This document shows positions 1-10,759 of a stretch of DNA of 64,000 nucleotides, piece by piece (the stretch's first letter is position 1; each line of letters begins with the position of its first letter). Origin of the DNA: Diplonema japonicum (lineage: Eukaryota > Protista > Euglenozoa: Diplonemea); NCBI GenBank assembly GCA_964019335.1, contig OZ025665.1:669932-733931 (forward strand), written 5' to 3'. The position numbers and the translations under genes were made by a program. The notes beneath the pieces are model-generated. The model was not told the DNA's origin. It saw nothing but the letters and a program-made list of their open reading frames with translations, and did no database searches.

Positions 1-1412
1 TCCAGCAACATGCCAAGGTAAGTAATAGTCGCATGCGGGCAGTGTTTGTTGATTAGGTGCGCAACCTCCTTGTGCACCGACGTCAGCACACCGTGGTGCA
101 AGAGGTACTCCTCTTCCTGGTCCTCGAAGTCCAGCATATGGTACACGCCTGCAGCGCCCTCTTGCTTGCCCGTTACTCTCAGCAGGTGGGCGTCATTGAT
201 GAACTGCAACAGAGGCAACAGGAAGCCTTCACCAGCCTGCAACAAACCTTTCAAAACCTTTGGACAGGAGAGAAGCTTTTTTACAAAGGTAAGGGAGTGC
301 AAGTGAATAACCGCAGCGGGGTGCATCACAAGGGCGACGGTGCAGTTCTTGAGGACTTCCATGTGCCCGTTGGCAACAAGCTTCTCGAGCAGCACTTCGT
401 TCTTCACGATGGCCACCAGCACGTCGGAGAGGCGCAGAGCGAACCTGTGGGCCGCACTGAGCTCGTCCTCATCCATGGCAAGGTTTTTCGCGGCGTCACG
501 CTGGAGCGCAGTCGTGATGAAGTTCATGAGAGCAGACAGGAAGCCGAGGACGGGCTTCCAGTCCCTTATGTCGTCTGAGGGTATGCTAGTGGCCTCCACC
601 AGGTCGTGCAGGAGGTCTGCGATGCGGCTGCACACCTCTGGGTGGGTGATAAGCTTCGCCCAAGAGGTGAGGTTGTGCAGCACAAGCTTGTAGAGGCTGA
701 AGACGGTGCCGTACTCGGCGACGAGTTCAATGCAGAGTTCCATCTGCGTGGCGAGCTCGTGGTTCTGGGGGTTCGCGAAGTACGCGTCAACAGACTCAAC
801 AAAGTAGGTGTTTGTCATCTGCAAGACGGAGAGGGCGTTGGCCTCCAAGCCCAGGAGGACTTCCGACTTCCTGTCGGCTTCTATGTGCAAAGAGTCCCAT
901 CGACCTGTGGCGGTTGCTACAGATTTTTCGTGCGGTGTTTTTTGTTTGTAGTTGTGAAGAGCTGTTTCTTGCGGCATGGAGAGGAGGACCCGCTGGGCCA
1001 TCTCGCGGGATTTCGGGGATGTCTGCCACATCATGGAGAGGGTGGGGAGGAGCTCGGCCCATTGCTGTGGCCAGATGCGCACGCACAGCATGCCGATGAG
1101 TTTGGAGAGCTTTTCCTGAATGACGCGTTCCTGAACTGCTCCACACATGTCGAGGAGGCGTCGCTTCCACTCCGCCACCTCACCACTGCCGTACTCCCCC
1201 CAGTGCCGTTCCACAGCCGTCTCGAGGAGGTGGTACCCGAAGTGCTGCAACACAACGTTCCCCGTCATCTCTGCATACCCAAAACCATACTCTGCTATGC
1301 CCTTGCCTTTCTCTCCTTTTACCTTTTCGATGTATGCCTCCGCTGACTGCCTGCTGCTCTGATCTGTCCCGCTGTATGCGACCTGCGCAGCTTCGGTGAG
1401 TTGTTCCTGCAT
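1..1412 (-). CDS. Exportin-5/Msn5-like karyopherin (importin-beta family), 3' end runs off the window
   Basis: Manual translation from ATG at 1412: MQEQLTEAAQVAYSGTDQSSRQSAEAYIEKVK...QHFGYHLLETAVERHW...EKLSKLIGMLCVRIWPQQWAELL, an IBN_N + Xpo1-type pattern. Absent from the ORF track, presumably because no stop falls in the window. Confidence 0.75.
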   Translation of the reverse strand, partial: MQEQLTEAAQVAYSGTDQSSRQSAEAYIEKVKGEKGKGIAEYGFGYAEMTGNVVLQHFGYHLLETAVERHWGEYGSGEVAEWKRRLLDMCGAVQERVIQEKLSKLIGMLCVRIWPQQWAELLPTLSMMWQTSPKSREMAQRVLLSMPQETALHNYKQKTPHEKSVATATGRWDSLHIEADRKSEVLLGLEANALSVLQMTNTYFVESVDAYFANPQNHELATQMELCIELVAEYGTVFSLYKLVLHNLTSWAKLITHPEVCSRIADLLHDLVEATSIPSDDIRDWKPVLGFLSALMNFITTALQRDAAKNLAMDEDELSAAHRFALRLSDVLVAIVKNEVLLEKLVANGHMEVLKNCTVALVMHPAAVIHLHSLTFVKKLLSCPKVLKGLLQAGEGFLLPLLQFINDAHLLRVTGKQEGAAGVYHMLDFEDQEEEYLLHHGVLTSVHKEVAHLINKHCPHATITYLGMLL

Positions 1413-1635
1413 AGATGGGCGAGGCCCCTGTCCCACCTGTCCTGTTGTGGGGCTTTAAGCTCAAGCCGACAAAGAGATGAGATACACATTAGACAACAGA
1501 AAAAAAGAGGGGAATAGGGGGTATAAGAGATAAAGGGCCCAGTGTTGGTGCTCCCTTTAAAAAAAAAAAAAAAAAAAATAGAAGAAAAAAAAAAGGGGTA
1601 TTATTTTTTTTTTTCTTTATAATTATTTTCCGTCA

Positions 1636-2226
1636 TCAATTGGCATCCTTAACCACTTTCTCTTCGGCTTCGGGAGTTGTTGTTGTTGCCGCTTCTTTCT
1701 CTTCTTCTTTTTCAGCTTCTGCGGGTTTTTCGACTTTCTTCTTTTGCGGCTTTTGTTGCTTGTTGGGTTTTTCCGCAATCTCGGGAGCATCCAGAACGAG
1801 GGTAACGGGGCCATCGTTCTGGATGTGAACCTGCATGTGTGCACCGAAAGAGCCTGTTTGGACCCTATCACTCTTATAGGCCGCTCGTAGGGACTTTACA
1901 AGCTCATCAAAGAAAGGTTCTGAGCCACTGCCTGGCATGGCGTTGTGGAAGTCAGGCTTGGCACCCTTGAGCACGTGGCACAGCGTGAATTGACTTACGA
2001 GCATGATTTCACCTTCGATATCAGTTACATTCTTTGCCCAGCTCTTCCCATTCTCATCCTCAAAGATGCGCAGGGAGAGTAACTTCTTCACCATCCACGG
2101 AATTTGTCCCTTTGTGCTAGCATTGCTGATCCCTACCAGCACACACATGCCTTTTCCCACCTTCCCTACCTCTTTTTCCCCCACAGTCACCGAGGCCGAA
2201 GCCACCCTTTGCACTACTCCACGCAT
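1636..2226 (-). CDS. DTD1: D-aminoacyl-tRNA deacylase
   Basis: MRGVVQRVASASVTV, SQFTL and NDGPVT signature motifs; charged C-terminal tail. Confidence 0.95.
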   Translation of the reverse strand: MRGVVQRVASASVTVGEKEVGKVGKGMCVLVGISNASTKGQIPWMVKKLLSLRIFEDENGKSWAKNVTDIEGEIMLVSQFTLCHVLKGAKPDFHNAMPGSGSEPFFDELVKSLRAAYKSDRVQTGSFGAHMQVHIQNDGPVTLVLDAPEIAEKPNKQQKPQKKKVEKPAEAEKEEEKEAATTTTPEAEEKVVKDAN

Positions 2227-3908
2227 TTGGTTACGATATAAAAAAAGAGTGCTTTTTTTTTTTTTCTTTTTTGTCAAATTTGTTTATTGGTGGTGTACAA
2301 GAAGAAAAAAAAAAGTTTTTTTTTTTCCTTGAAAGGGTAGAGTGGTGGAAGAGAGAGAAAGAGAGGAAGAGAGAGGGGGAAAAAAAAAGGAAAAAGAAGA
2401 AGAGAAAAAAAAAATAAAGTCTGAGATCCCCCCTTTTTCCAACCCTTTTTATATTTGATAGCACTTTTCTTTTCTTTTCTTTTCTCTTTTTTTTTTTTTT
2501 TTTTTTTCCTTTCTTTTTTTTTCGTGTCTTCAAATCTAAATAAGAAGAGGAAAATAAAAAAGAGGGGAAAAAAACTTGAAAAAAAAAACAGGGGAGAGAA
2601 ACGGGGTGAAAATAAATAAAAAAAAGGAAGGAAAAAAAAAAACATAAAAAAACAAACGTAAAATAAAAGATTCTCCTAAAAGTATTTTTATTTCCCCCCC
2701 TTCCACGAAATTTAACCCCCATTTTTGTTATCCCCGGTTTCAACAGACCTAAATAAGAAAGGAAATAAAAAGGGGAGAGAAAAAAGAATGGGTGGGTTTA
2801 CTAACTTATGTGGGACCCACTGCGCGCTAAGTTATGGCGGTAATAGTGGGGGAAGGGGAGGGAAGGGGAGGGGTGGCCGAACTTTTTTTTTTTCCCCTTT
2901 TTTTTTTCCTGCATGGATAGGGAACGAAAGGAGTGGGGGAAAAAAAAAGTAAATATTACTTTACCGATACCCAGTTCCCCGAGCTAGGGCCACATGTGGT
3001 TCACATTTAAAAGAAAAAAAAAAAGAAAACAAAACAAAAGGTGGGGGTGGGAAGGTATATCAGGAAAAACTTTTGCTTAAAACCTGAAACCCCCATTCCA
3101 TTGTTGAGATTGTTGAGAATGAGAAAATTTTATGCAACACTGGAGAAAAAAAAAAAAAAAAAAAAAAAAAACTTTACAAAAATCTCAGTGGAAGTTCTTT
3201 AATTTTTACTTTTCTCTTTTTTTTCCTCTCGTTCTTCTCTTTCGCTCTAGTACTTTACAAGTGGGAAAAAATGGGGAGGGGGTTATTATTACTCTTTTTT
3301 TTTTTTTTTGCTTAAAACTTACTAATAACAACCATAAATTTGACACGTGAAAGGAGCGGAAAGGGTGTGATAATTAGGGGCAACGAAAGGGAAGCAAAAG
3401 ATAACTTGGAAATACCACAAAGAGGAGGAGGTTGGAAGGGAATGGAGTTTCTCTTCTTCTTCCGTTTTATTCTTGAAACTGCCAAACTCCGTCACAATAG
3501 GAGCCATGGGTCAATTATGCCATCCATAGACTCTTTTTTTTTTTTTTTTTTTTTTTTTTGAAAGAACATTGTTCTCCCCCCCCCTTCTTTTCCCGTTCTT
3601 CTTACCCTCTAGGCGAAGCGACCTTTTAAAAAAACGAAGAAAATACACAAAGAAAACGAAAAAAAAAAAAATAACGAAACCAACAAATTCTTCCCTCCTC
3701 CCCTTTTTTTTTTTCCCTTTTTTTTTTTTTTTTTTACCAATCAAGGACAATTTCTTTATTTAATATACAATTTTCGTTCTTTTTTTTTCCCCTTAAACTC
3801 TTTTTTTTTTCTCATTTTTGTTTCTAAAAAAAAAAAAAACGTACACACAAAATAACAGTTTCTGTTCTTTTTTTTTTTCCCCAAAAAAAAAAAATTCTCC
3901 CCTGTTCT

Positions 3909-5587
3909 TCAAAAATGTGACTGGGGGGTTCTAATGGGCTTCCCAGGAGTCGAGATGTCTCTACGGGGAAACAGAGGGGGTTCAGAATTTGCAACGATAG
4001 ATGCCCGTTTGTTCTTTTTATAAAAGAGAATGTACGGCTTATCACCGCTAACAACAGGAGTGGCAGCCACCTGCGCTACATAAGAGTCGTCACAAGAATG
4101 CCAAGACCCACTAGGGGACGACACGAGGCTGGTGTAGTGCCCCGAACCAAGCCCACCAGAGTGGTTAATAACCCCGTAAAGACTGTATTGCGTGGACAGG
4201 TTCTCAGGAAGGCTACGGCTTGAAGGGGAAATGTATGGTTTCAAATCCAGCTCGTGAGGTATACTCACATCGTCCGACAACTTATAACACCCATAGTTGA
4301 ACCGCAAGAGGTGCACCAGAAGGTACTCTGGTGACCGCATGATCTGCAGCTGCTTAACAGATCTCGTTTGGGTTTTACATTTCCGGCAATGGAATCTGTC
4401 ATGCCCGTCCAAGGTCTCCGTGTCGCAGAAGCGTCGTAAGCAGTCTGTTAAATCGTGTTTCTGGCTCATTCTGTACGCGGGGGTTCGGGTAACTTTCGGT
4501 ATTGGGACCGATAGGTCCAGAAAAGGGTCGAAGGCAAGGTGTGGTGTCTCGCAGACTGTGCATGTCACCGACGACATCAGCTGCCCGCCGAAGGTGTCAT
4601 ATACAACACTGTCGTCTCTTTTCTTGGTGTACGCCCACCAGCGTGAGGAGGTGTCGAGGACTTGTTCCCCTTCCACGTCGTCGAGCTGTTCATAATGCGG
4701 TTTTCCTCTATTTCTGTTCACTTCTTGATGCAGCCCTTCGAGCATGAACCGGAGGAACTCCTGTGCGTCGTGCTGCCCGTAGCCCATGAATGTCGGGTTG
4801 AAGCCTCCTATCGCTGTTTTCACCCCTCTTGGAACCACCACTCTGTCCCGTCCCACAACCCCTCGCCTTGCTGCTTGGATGTCCGCCGTCATTGTTTGGA
4901 ATGCTTCCAACAGGTCGATTTTGGTTGGGTCGCGTGGTTTTTCCATCGCCACCATACCGCAGAACCCCTGTGTCGCGACGAGGCACTGCAGTGCTGCGTT
5001 CATGAAGCAGGTGTTTCCCAGGTTGCTGAGGCCGATGGGTCCGTTGTTTTCTTCTCGTACTCTTCTGTACTCAGTGACAGGTGGCGGGGTGCTTGGGTAA
5101 TGGGAGTAAGCGTGCTTCATGGTGTTGGGGGCATAAGGTTGCTTGTACCATCGTGTTGTGTACATGGCCACCTGTGGGTTGAGGAAGGGGATTGGCAACA
5201 AATAAAAAATTTAAAATAGAACAAAAAAATGGAGGGGTTTAAATAGAACAAGACTACAAGAAAAGAGAAGGGGGAGGGGGGGGATGGTTGTAAATGTATT
5301 TTCTTTTTTGTCTTGTGTTTTTTTCTTCTTTTTTTTCCTACTTTCCCCGGTGCACTTTCTTGTGCATGTCCATCCCTGTGTGTGTCTTGAACTCGGTCAC
5401 TGCTGCGTCAAATCCCTGTTATGTTTTTTTTTTTAATGTTCCCCCCCTTTTTTTTCCGTACCGCTAGAAAATCTTTATTGTTCCACATGCTGTGGTGTGT
5501 AACTTTTGGGTGAGGTGTACTCCCACTTCCTCCGCTGGTCGACTTTCCCATGTTTTTTGTCGTCCTGTTGGTCTTCGTAAATACCAT
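3909..5587 (-). CDS. Ubiquitin-specific protease (peptidase C19, USP2/8-like); 5' structure uncertain
   Basis: Cys box GLSNLGNTCFMNAALQCL, QHDAQEFL, His box HSGGLGSGHY. A possible first exon 5462-5587 joins in frame through a GT-AG intron 5172-5461; otherwise the start is ATG 5165. Confidence 0.9.
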
Positions 5588-5590
5588 GGA

Positions 5591-5990
5591 CCGAAGTCAT
5601 TATGAGTCATGGAGTCATTATAGGTGATTGAGGAGTTTTTTAAGCAGGACCCGTCAAGAGGCGTGTGAAGAACTGGGGGAAAAAAAGTCTTCGCCGGCAC
5701 CATTGACGTGGATGCCGGTGAAGAGCATGAGAGGGTGGTAAGCAAAGGGCACAGCAGGCCAGGAGCTGACGGACTTCGTACGGTTGGCCGCTTACGCGGG
5801 TTGACTGGAAGTCAGCTAGCGGTGCTCAGTCACCACCTGAAAATTCATACAGCGACATCCCCACCTTCCTCTCGATTTTTTCCTCTAGAGCTTTTTTCAT
5901 GATGGTTTTGCCCTGTTTCCACCCAGACTGATAATAGGTCGATTGTGGGACGATTTTTTTGGCATCGGCCATGACTCATAATGACTTCGG
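5591..5990. mobile_element. MITE-like 400-bp element
   Basis: Perfect 22-bp terminal inverted repeat CCGAAGTCATTATGAGTCATGG (5591-5612) with its reverse complement at 5969-5990; no convincing internal ORF and no clear TSD. Confidence 0.55.
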
Positions 5991-6377
5991 GCTATGAAAT
6001 ACAAGAGAAAAAAAAAAAGAAAAAGAGACAACAAAATAAGAATAAAACTCGCTAAAATTTCAGCGTGCACGTGGGAGGGGGGGGGAGGGTGCTCAATGAG
6101 ATTGCAAACTAATCTTGTTTGTTTCGCTTCTTTTTTTTTCTTTTTTTTTCTTTCTGTCGGAAACAAGAAACACCAGGAACCTTGGGTCCGCCAATGTGTT
6201 GTTTCGAGCCAAGTACAAGAGTGTGGAAGTGAGTCACGTAACAGGGAGAGAAAGTAAAAAGATTTTCTTATTCTTGAAAACACAAACAGAAACTAACTTT
6301 TTTTTGTACTATCTTGGAAAGAGAGATGCGCACTGGGTCACACGGCGTTTTGGTCAATGACATGGCTTGATGCAAGC

Positions 6378-8729
6378 TCATGGCTTGAAGGTGTAAGAGA
6401 ACCTCCCCTGGGAGACGAGGTTGGAGCAGTCGACGGTAGCGGTGGTGGGGATGTGAAGGCCCTTGGCGCCGTTGTAGAAGACGCAGAAGTTCTCAGCAGC
6501 GCCCTGCTCCTGGTGCTGCGCAGAGGACGGGCAGGGGTAGCTCGCAGGGGGTGACACAGACCCGTCCCAGATGTAGCTGAAGGAGTTCTCCTTAGGCCAG
6601 TAACTGCAGTCAGCGCTGAGGGACTGCGGGGGCGGGATGATGACACCGTTGGTGTTGTTCCTCCACTCGCAGGTGCGCGTCCCGTCGGTGTTGTTCGTGA
6701 CCACTGTCTCAGGGGGGCACTGGGGCTGCGGCATCGGAGCGCCGCCCTGCACGAAGGCCAGCGTGGGCGCAGATGTGATCCCACACTGGTCGCTGCCCCT
6801 CTCCAGCCTGATGTACCCGTCCTCGCCCCAGTCCGCACCCCATGAGTTCTTGATAAGCCAGTACTTGGTCCCCTGGTCCACACCGTACCCAACGAGCAGC
6901 ACTGCATGGTCGGGCTCGTGGTTGCAGCACCCCGTCATGATGCCCCCTGTGTACGGCCACCACAGCTGCGTCATCGCGTCCACTGTGATGGACACAGGGC
7001 CGTACTTCACAAGAGCAGCCGCCATGGCGTCCTCGCTGTTGTTCACACCGTAGTAGCCGGTCACCTTGACGTCTGCCATGGTGTGGCCCGCAGTGCACTG
7101 GGGGACGTTGCCCTGCCCGGACACGTACGGGTAGCTCTCTTCTGTGGCGTCCCCGTTCTGCTTCACATACTCGATCGCAAGGTACGGCCATCCGCCGTCG
7201 CACCCGTCGCAGTTCTTTTCGCAGCTCACCAGCTCCTGCTCCGAGAGGCTCTGCAGCGAGTTCCCCGCCATTGCCCACGCACCCTCGATCACACCGGTGG
7301 TGCTGAACGACCAGCAAGAACCACACTGGGCCTGGTTCTTCACAGGGGTGACAACACCCTTCGTCCTCCAGTCGATGGACTCGGGGAGGCTCCTGACGTC
7401 CTCGTCGGTGATGGCAAGCTCCTTCGGGAGTGGCGGCACAGCACCCTCAGGTGTCTTCCTGGCACAGTCTCTGTAGTGGAGCTCGTACTCGGCCTTCGAC
7501 CAGTCGGCAAGGCTGTTCGGCATGCCCGTTGCCTTGTTCTTCATGAGGAAGGCGCTCAGGTGCTTCCTGAAGTTCTCGAACCTCTGCGCCTCCTCCACAG
7601 GGTTCGCGTACTGCTTGCTGTGGTGGGCCTTCCACTTCTGGAACATCTCTTGGTGCCTGTCCAGAGTGTGGGTGCGGTCCACAGGTTCCTCCGAGGTAGC
7701 GGGTCTCTTCTTCCAGTCTGGGAGCTGCTTCGAGTCCCCGAAGATGGACCTGTTCGCAGCGATGGCTGTGCTGATGGAGAAAGATGCGGCACCCCACTCC
7801 ATCTGGCAACTGAACTCGGCGTTGGGGGGAAGGAGGAAGTAGCAGCCTCCCTTGTTCCCAAAGTCGTTCTGGTTGGAGCCCCATGCGCAGACGTTCGCAC
7901 CACCGATCCCGCAGTGGAAGGAGTTGTAGCCGTTGTTCGTGCTGGACGAGGTCACCATCACAACGAGGTCCCGGTCGTTGTGGTTGTTCGTGTAGGCACA
8001 GTCGCACATGTTGGGCTTGGGGTAGGACACCAGGGGGCAGTCCCACTTAGTCTCGACGGCGGCGCTGGGGGTGAGGTAGGGCTGCTTGAAGGACAGGGCA
8101 GATGAGGTGCGCATGTTGACGCTGCCCTGGGCACGGCAGGTCATCGACGTCTTCGCGGGGAGGATGTAGCCGCAGGAGTAGCCACCTGTCCCGTTCACGG
8201 CGTAGCTGCACAGTGTCATTGTGGCCCCTGCGTTGCTGTAGGTGCAGTCGTATGTGTTCCGGGAGCTGCCGGAGGTTTCGAAGGACTGAGCCACCCACAT
8301 GTCAGTGGACTCGGTGTTGGTGAAGGTGCACGAGCCGCCGGTGCAGGGGACGTGCTTCTGCTCCGTCGAGAGGACCGAGCCGGCCAGGGGGGCAGAGTGG
8401 GCCCCGATGAAGTGGATAGTCCCCTGCGACTGGCACTGGAACTGGCCCCCTGCGGGGAGGAGGAAGTAGCAGTCCCCTGCGCTCCCGCTGTCCGCCGCTG
8501 ACCACTTCCTGCTGCAGTAGGTCATCTGCCCGTCGCTGCAGCTGAACGACCCCTCCGTCTCCCCAGACGCAAGCTCTACCTGGAAGAAAATGCTCACAGC
8601 CTCGTCCGCGCTTCCCGTGTTACGGTAGTTGCAGTTCCCACTCCCCGACGGGCAGTTGATGGACGTCCACTGCATCGCCTGCGCCGAGGCGGCCAGCAGC
8701 AGGGCCAGCACTGTGCGTGTCGCGGTCAT
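6378..8729 (-). CDS. Papain-family (C1A) cathepsin L-like cysteine protease with Cys-rich N- and C-terminal extensions
   Basis: Signal peptide, I29-type prodomain, QCGSCWSF, DHAVLLVGYG, YWLIKNSWG catalytic motifs. Confidence 0.95.
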   Translation of the reverse strand: MTATRTVLALLLAASAQAMQWTSINCPSGSGNCNYRNTGSADEAVSIFFQVELASGETEGSFSCSDGQMTYCSRKWSAADSGSAGDCYFLLPAGGQFQCQSQGTIHFIGAHSAPLAGSVLSTEQKHVPCTGGSCTFTNTESTDMWVAQSFETSGSSRNTYDCTYSNAGATMTLCSYAVNGTGGYSCGYILPAKTSMTCRAQGSVNMRTSSALSFKQPYLTPSAAVETKWDCPLVSYPKPNMCDCAYTNNHNDRDLVVMVTSSSTNNGYNSFHCGIGGANVCAWGSNQNDFGNKGGCYFLLPPNAEFSCQMEWGAASFSISTAIAANRSIFGDSKQLPDWKKRPATSEEPVDRTHTLDRHQEMFQKWKAHHSKQYANPVEEAQRFENFRKHLSAFLMKNKATGMPNSLADWSKAEYELHYRDCARKTPEGAVPPLPKELAITDEDVRSLPESIDWRTKGVVTPVKNQAQCGSCWSFSTTGVIEGAWAMAGNSLQSLSEQELVSCEKNCDGCDGGWPYLAIEYVKQNGDATEESYPYVSGQGNVPQCTAGHTMADVKVTGYYGVNNSEDAMAAALVKYGPVSITVDAMTQLWWPYTGGIMTGCCNHEPDHAVLLVGYGVDQGTKYWLIKNSWGADWGEDGYIRLERGSDQCGITSAPTLAFVQGGAPMPQPQCPPETVVTNNTDGTRTCEWRNNTNGVIIPPPQSLSADCSYWPKENSFSYIWDGSVSPPASYPCPSSAQHQEQGAAENFCVFYNGAKGLHIPTTATVDCSNLVSQGRFSYTFKP

Positions 8730-9022
8730 TGTGTTCCACAAATTTGAATCTGCTCATGTTATTCATTTTTATTTGAACAAAAAAAGATAAGATTCAGAGA
8801 AAAAGAAAACAAGGGAGGGGGGGAGGGGGGATAAACTACAACAATCACACAAACCAAGGAAAAAAAAGAAAGAGAAAAAGAAGATATCGACAGTAGAGGG
8901 AGAAAAAAAAGGGGAGATAAAAGAGTTTTCAAAAAAAAAAAAGACCCCCCAACATACATTACAGGAGGAGGGGAAGAAATGGGGGAAAGAGCCTGCCAAA
9001 TAACGGGCTGTGTTTCTCCTTC

Positions 9023-9967
9023 TCAATTATTGTTCTTTGACCCGGTGCTTTTTCTCTTCCTCGCAACAGAGACCCTCTTCTTCTTTGGAGGTGTGGGGTT
9101 TGCGTCATTGTCAACAGATCGCTTCATGGAAGGCTTCTTTGACGTGGAGGGGCGTTGTTTTGATGTGGAAAGGCGTTGCTTTGCGGCTTCAAACTGCTCG
9201 TCGGTGAACTCAGGTATGCCATCATCACCGTCATCGTTGTCATCCCCCATTCCATATTTCTGAGCTAATGTAGTGAACATTGAGTTGAACTCATCTTGCA
9301 TGAGCTCTTTCAAGGCAACTTGAACATCGCTCTTGTTGCCTTTGGTTGCTTGTGCGGTCATTTTTTCAAGCTGCTCAACTTCAGCTGCTTCCTCCTCAAC
9401 GGTGGCTCGATATTCCTCGTAGGACTTCTTTTTTCTGTTCGCAGGTGACAGAGGTGATGTCTGTGTCCATTCTGTTGTTCTTTCAAGAACCTTGTCGTCG
9501 ATGAGCTTTGCTATTACCCTGCAAATCCGTTTCTCCTCATCCAGATCGACGGCCTGGAAATAGATATCTTCCCTGAGCTGATAGAAATCCCCGGAGTGGG
9601 TGTTGTACGCTTCAATAATCGACTCCCTTTCCTCCTCGCTGTTTTTGTACCCCGTTGAAAAATTCTCGACCTGTTCTTTCGTCACTTGCTGGAACATCAT
9701 CTTCACCAGATCGTTGAGGTTGTCCGCGTCAAGACCCCCTTCGTGCACCCGACCTGTCTGGTCATAGTACTTCTTCTTCCCCTCGTCCTTCAGCACTGCA
9801 TACACGTACCCCACCTTCTTGAACATGGTGTCATCCCCATTGTTTCTGTCGGGGTGGTACTTTAAGGCTTGTTTCTTGTATGCTTTCGCTATCTGTGGCA
9901 AGCTGCTTCCTTTTTGCAACCCTAGAACTTCATACAAACACTCATCCTCACCTAGGATTGAGTCCAT
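9023..9967 (-). CDS. DNAJC9: J-domain protein, DNAJC9-like
   Basis: Start MDSILGEDECLYEVLG; HPD motif; YKNSEEERESIIEAY segment typical of DNAJC9; basic C-tail. Confidence 0.8.
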   Translation of the reverse strand: MDSILGEDECLYEVLGLQKGSSLPQIAKAYKKQALKYHPDRNNGDDTMFKKVGYVYAVLKDEGKKKYYDQTGRVHEGGLDADNLNDLVKMMFQQVTKEQVENFSTGYKNSEEERESIIEAYNTHSGDFYQLREDIYFQAVDLDEEKRICRVIAKLIDDKVLERTTEWTQTSPLSPANRKKKSYEEYRATVEEEAAEVEQLEKMTAQATKGNKSDVQVALKELMQDEFNSMFTTLAQKYGMGDDNDDGDDGIPEFTDEQFEAAKQRLSTSKQRPSTSKKPSMKRSVDNDANPTPPKKKRVSVARKRKSTGSKNNN

Positions 9968-10759
9968 TTTTTTTTTTCTCCCTTCCTCCTTTGGGGGCGG
10001 CAATGCTGCAATTACAAAAAGAAAAAAAAGAAGAAGAAAAAAAAAAAAAAAAACTCCACAAAAAAAGGGGAAATGTAGCCCGACGTGTGGTCCCTTCCTC
10101 TCTTTGTCCATTCTATTTTTTGTTTCCTTCGGGAATTTTTTTTTCTTTTGGAAATAGGGTGGGTAGGGGGGGGGGGGGGGGGGGGGAAGGGGAAGAGTGC
10201 CGGCAAAAAAAAGGGGGGCCGTTGCTATCACTAACTCCAGTTATTAACGAAAAGTAATATGAGCTCGTCCGGAAATAAAAAACTAATGTCAACAAATGAC
10301 CCTCGCAGATTTCATTACATAAGTAAAAAGGAGTGGTTCGCCTGTAGACTGGCCATCTTAGCTTGAACACCATGTAGGTCACAGGGCACGGCGTTTGTTT
10401 TATTTTTAAAACGCGCAACGACATTGTTTTTTAGAATGGTTTCTTGTCTTCCGCCCTCCTCCCGTACCCCAAACACCAAGGTATCACCCCAAATGTTGGC
10501 ATCTTATTCCGGAAGAGCTTCATATTATAGAAGAAAAAGAAGGAAAAAAACTCCCCCGTCTTAAAAAAAAAAGGGTTAAAAAAAAAAAAGGTTAACAGGA
10601 ACAAGGGGGGGAAAGGAGATTCACCGCCTATTAAGAAAGAAAAAAAAACCCCCCACTCCCCGGCTTTCTCAAAGATGGTTTTGTTTCCTCTGCTTTTCCT
10701 TCTCAAATAAAATAACGAAGCCGAATGGTTAAGCAAACAAAAAAAACAAAAAACAAAAT

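Noticed and set aside
2231-3763. F/K-rich ORFs in intergenic regions (also 36831-37522, 49673-50039, 57362-57877)
   Set aside because: Artefacts of poly-A/poly-T tracts, whose lengths may also be sequencing errors.
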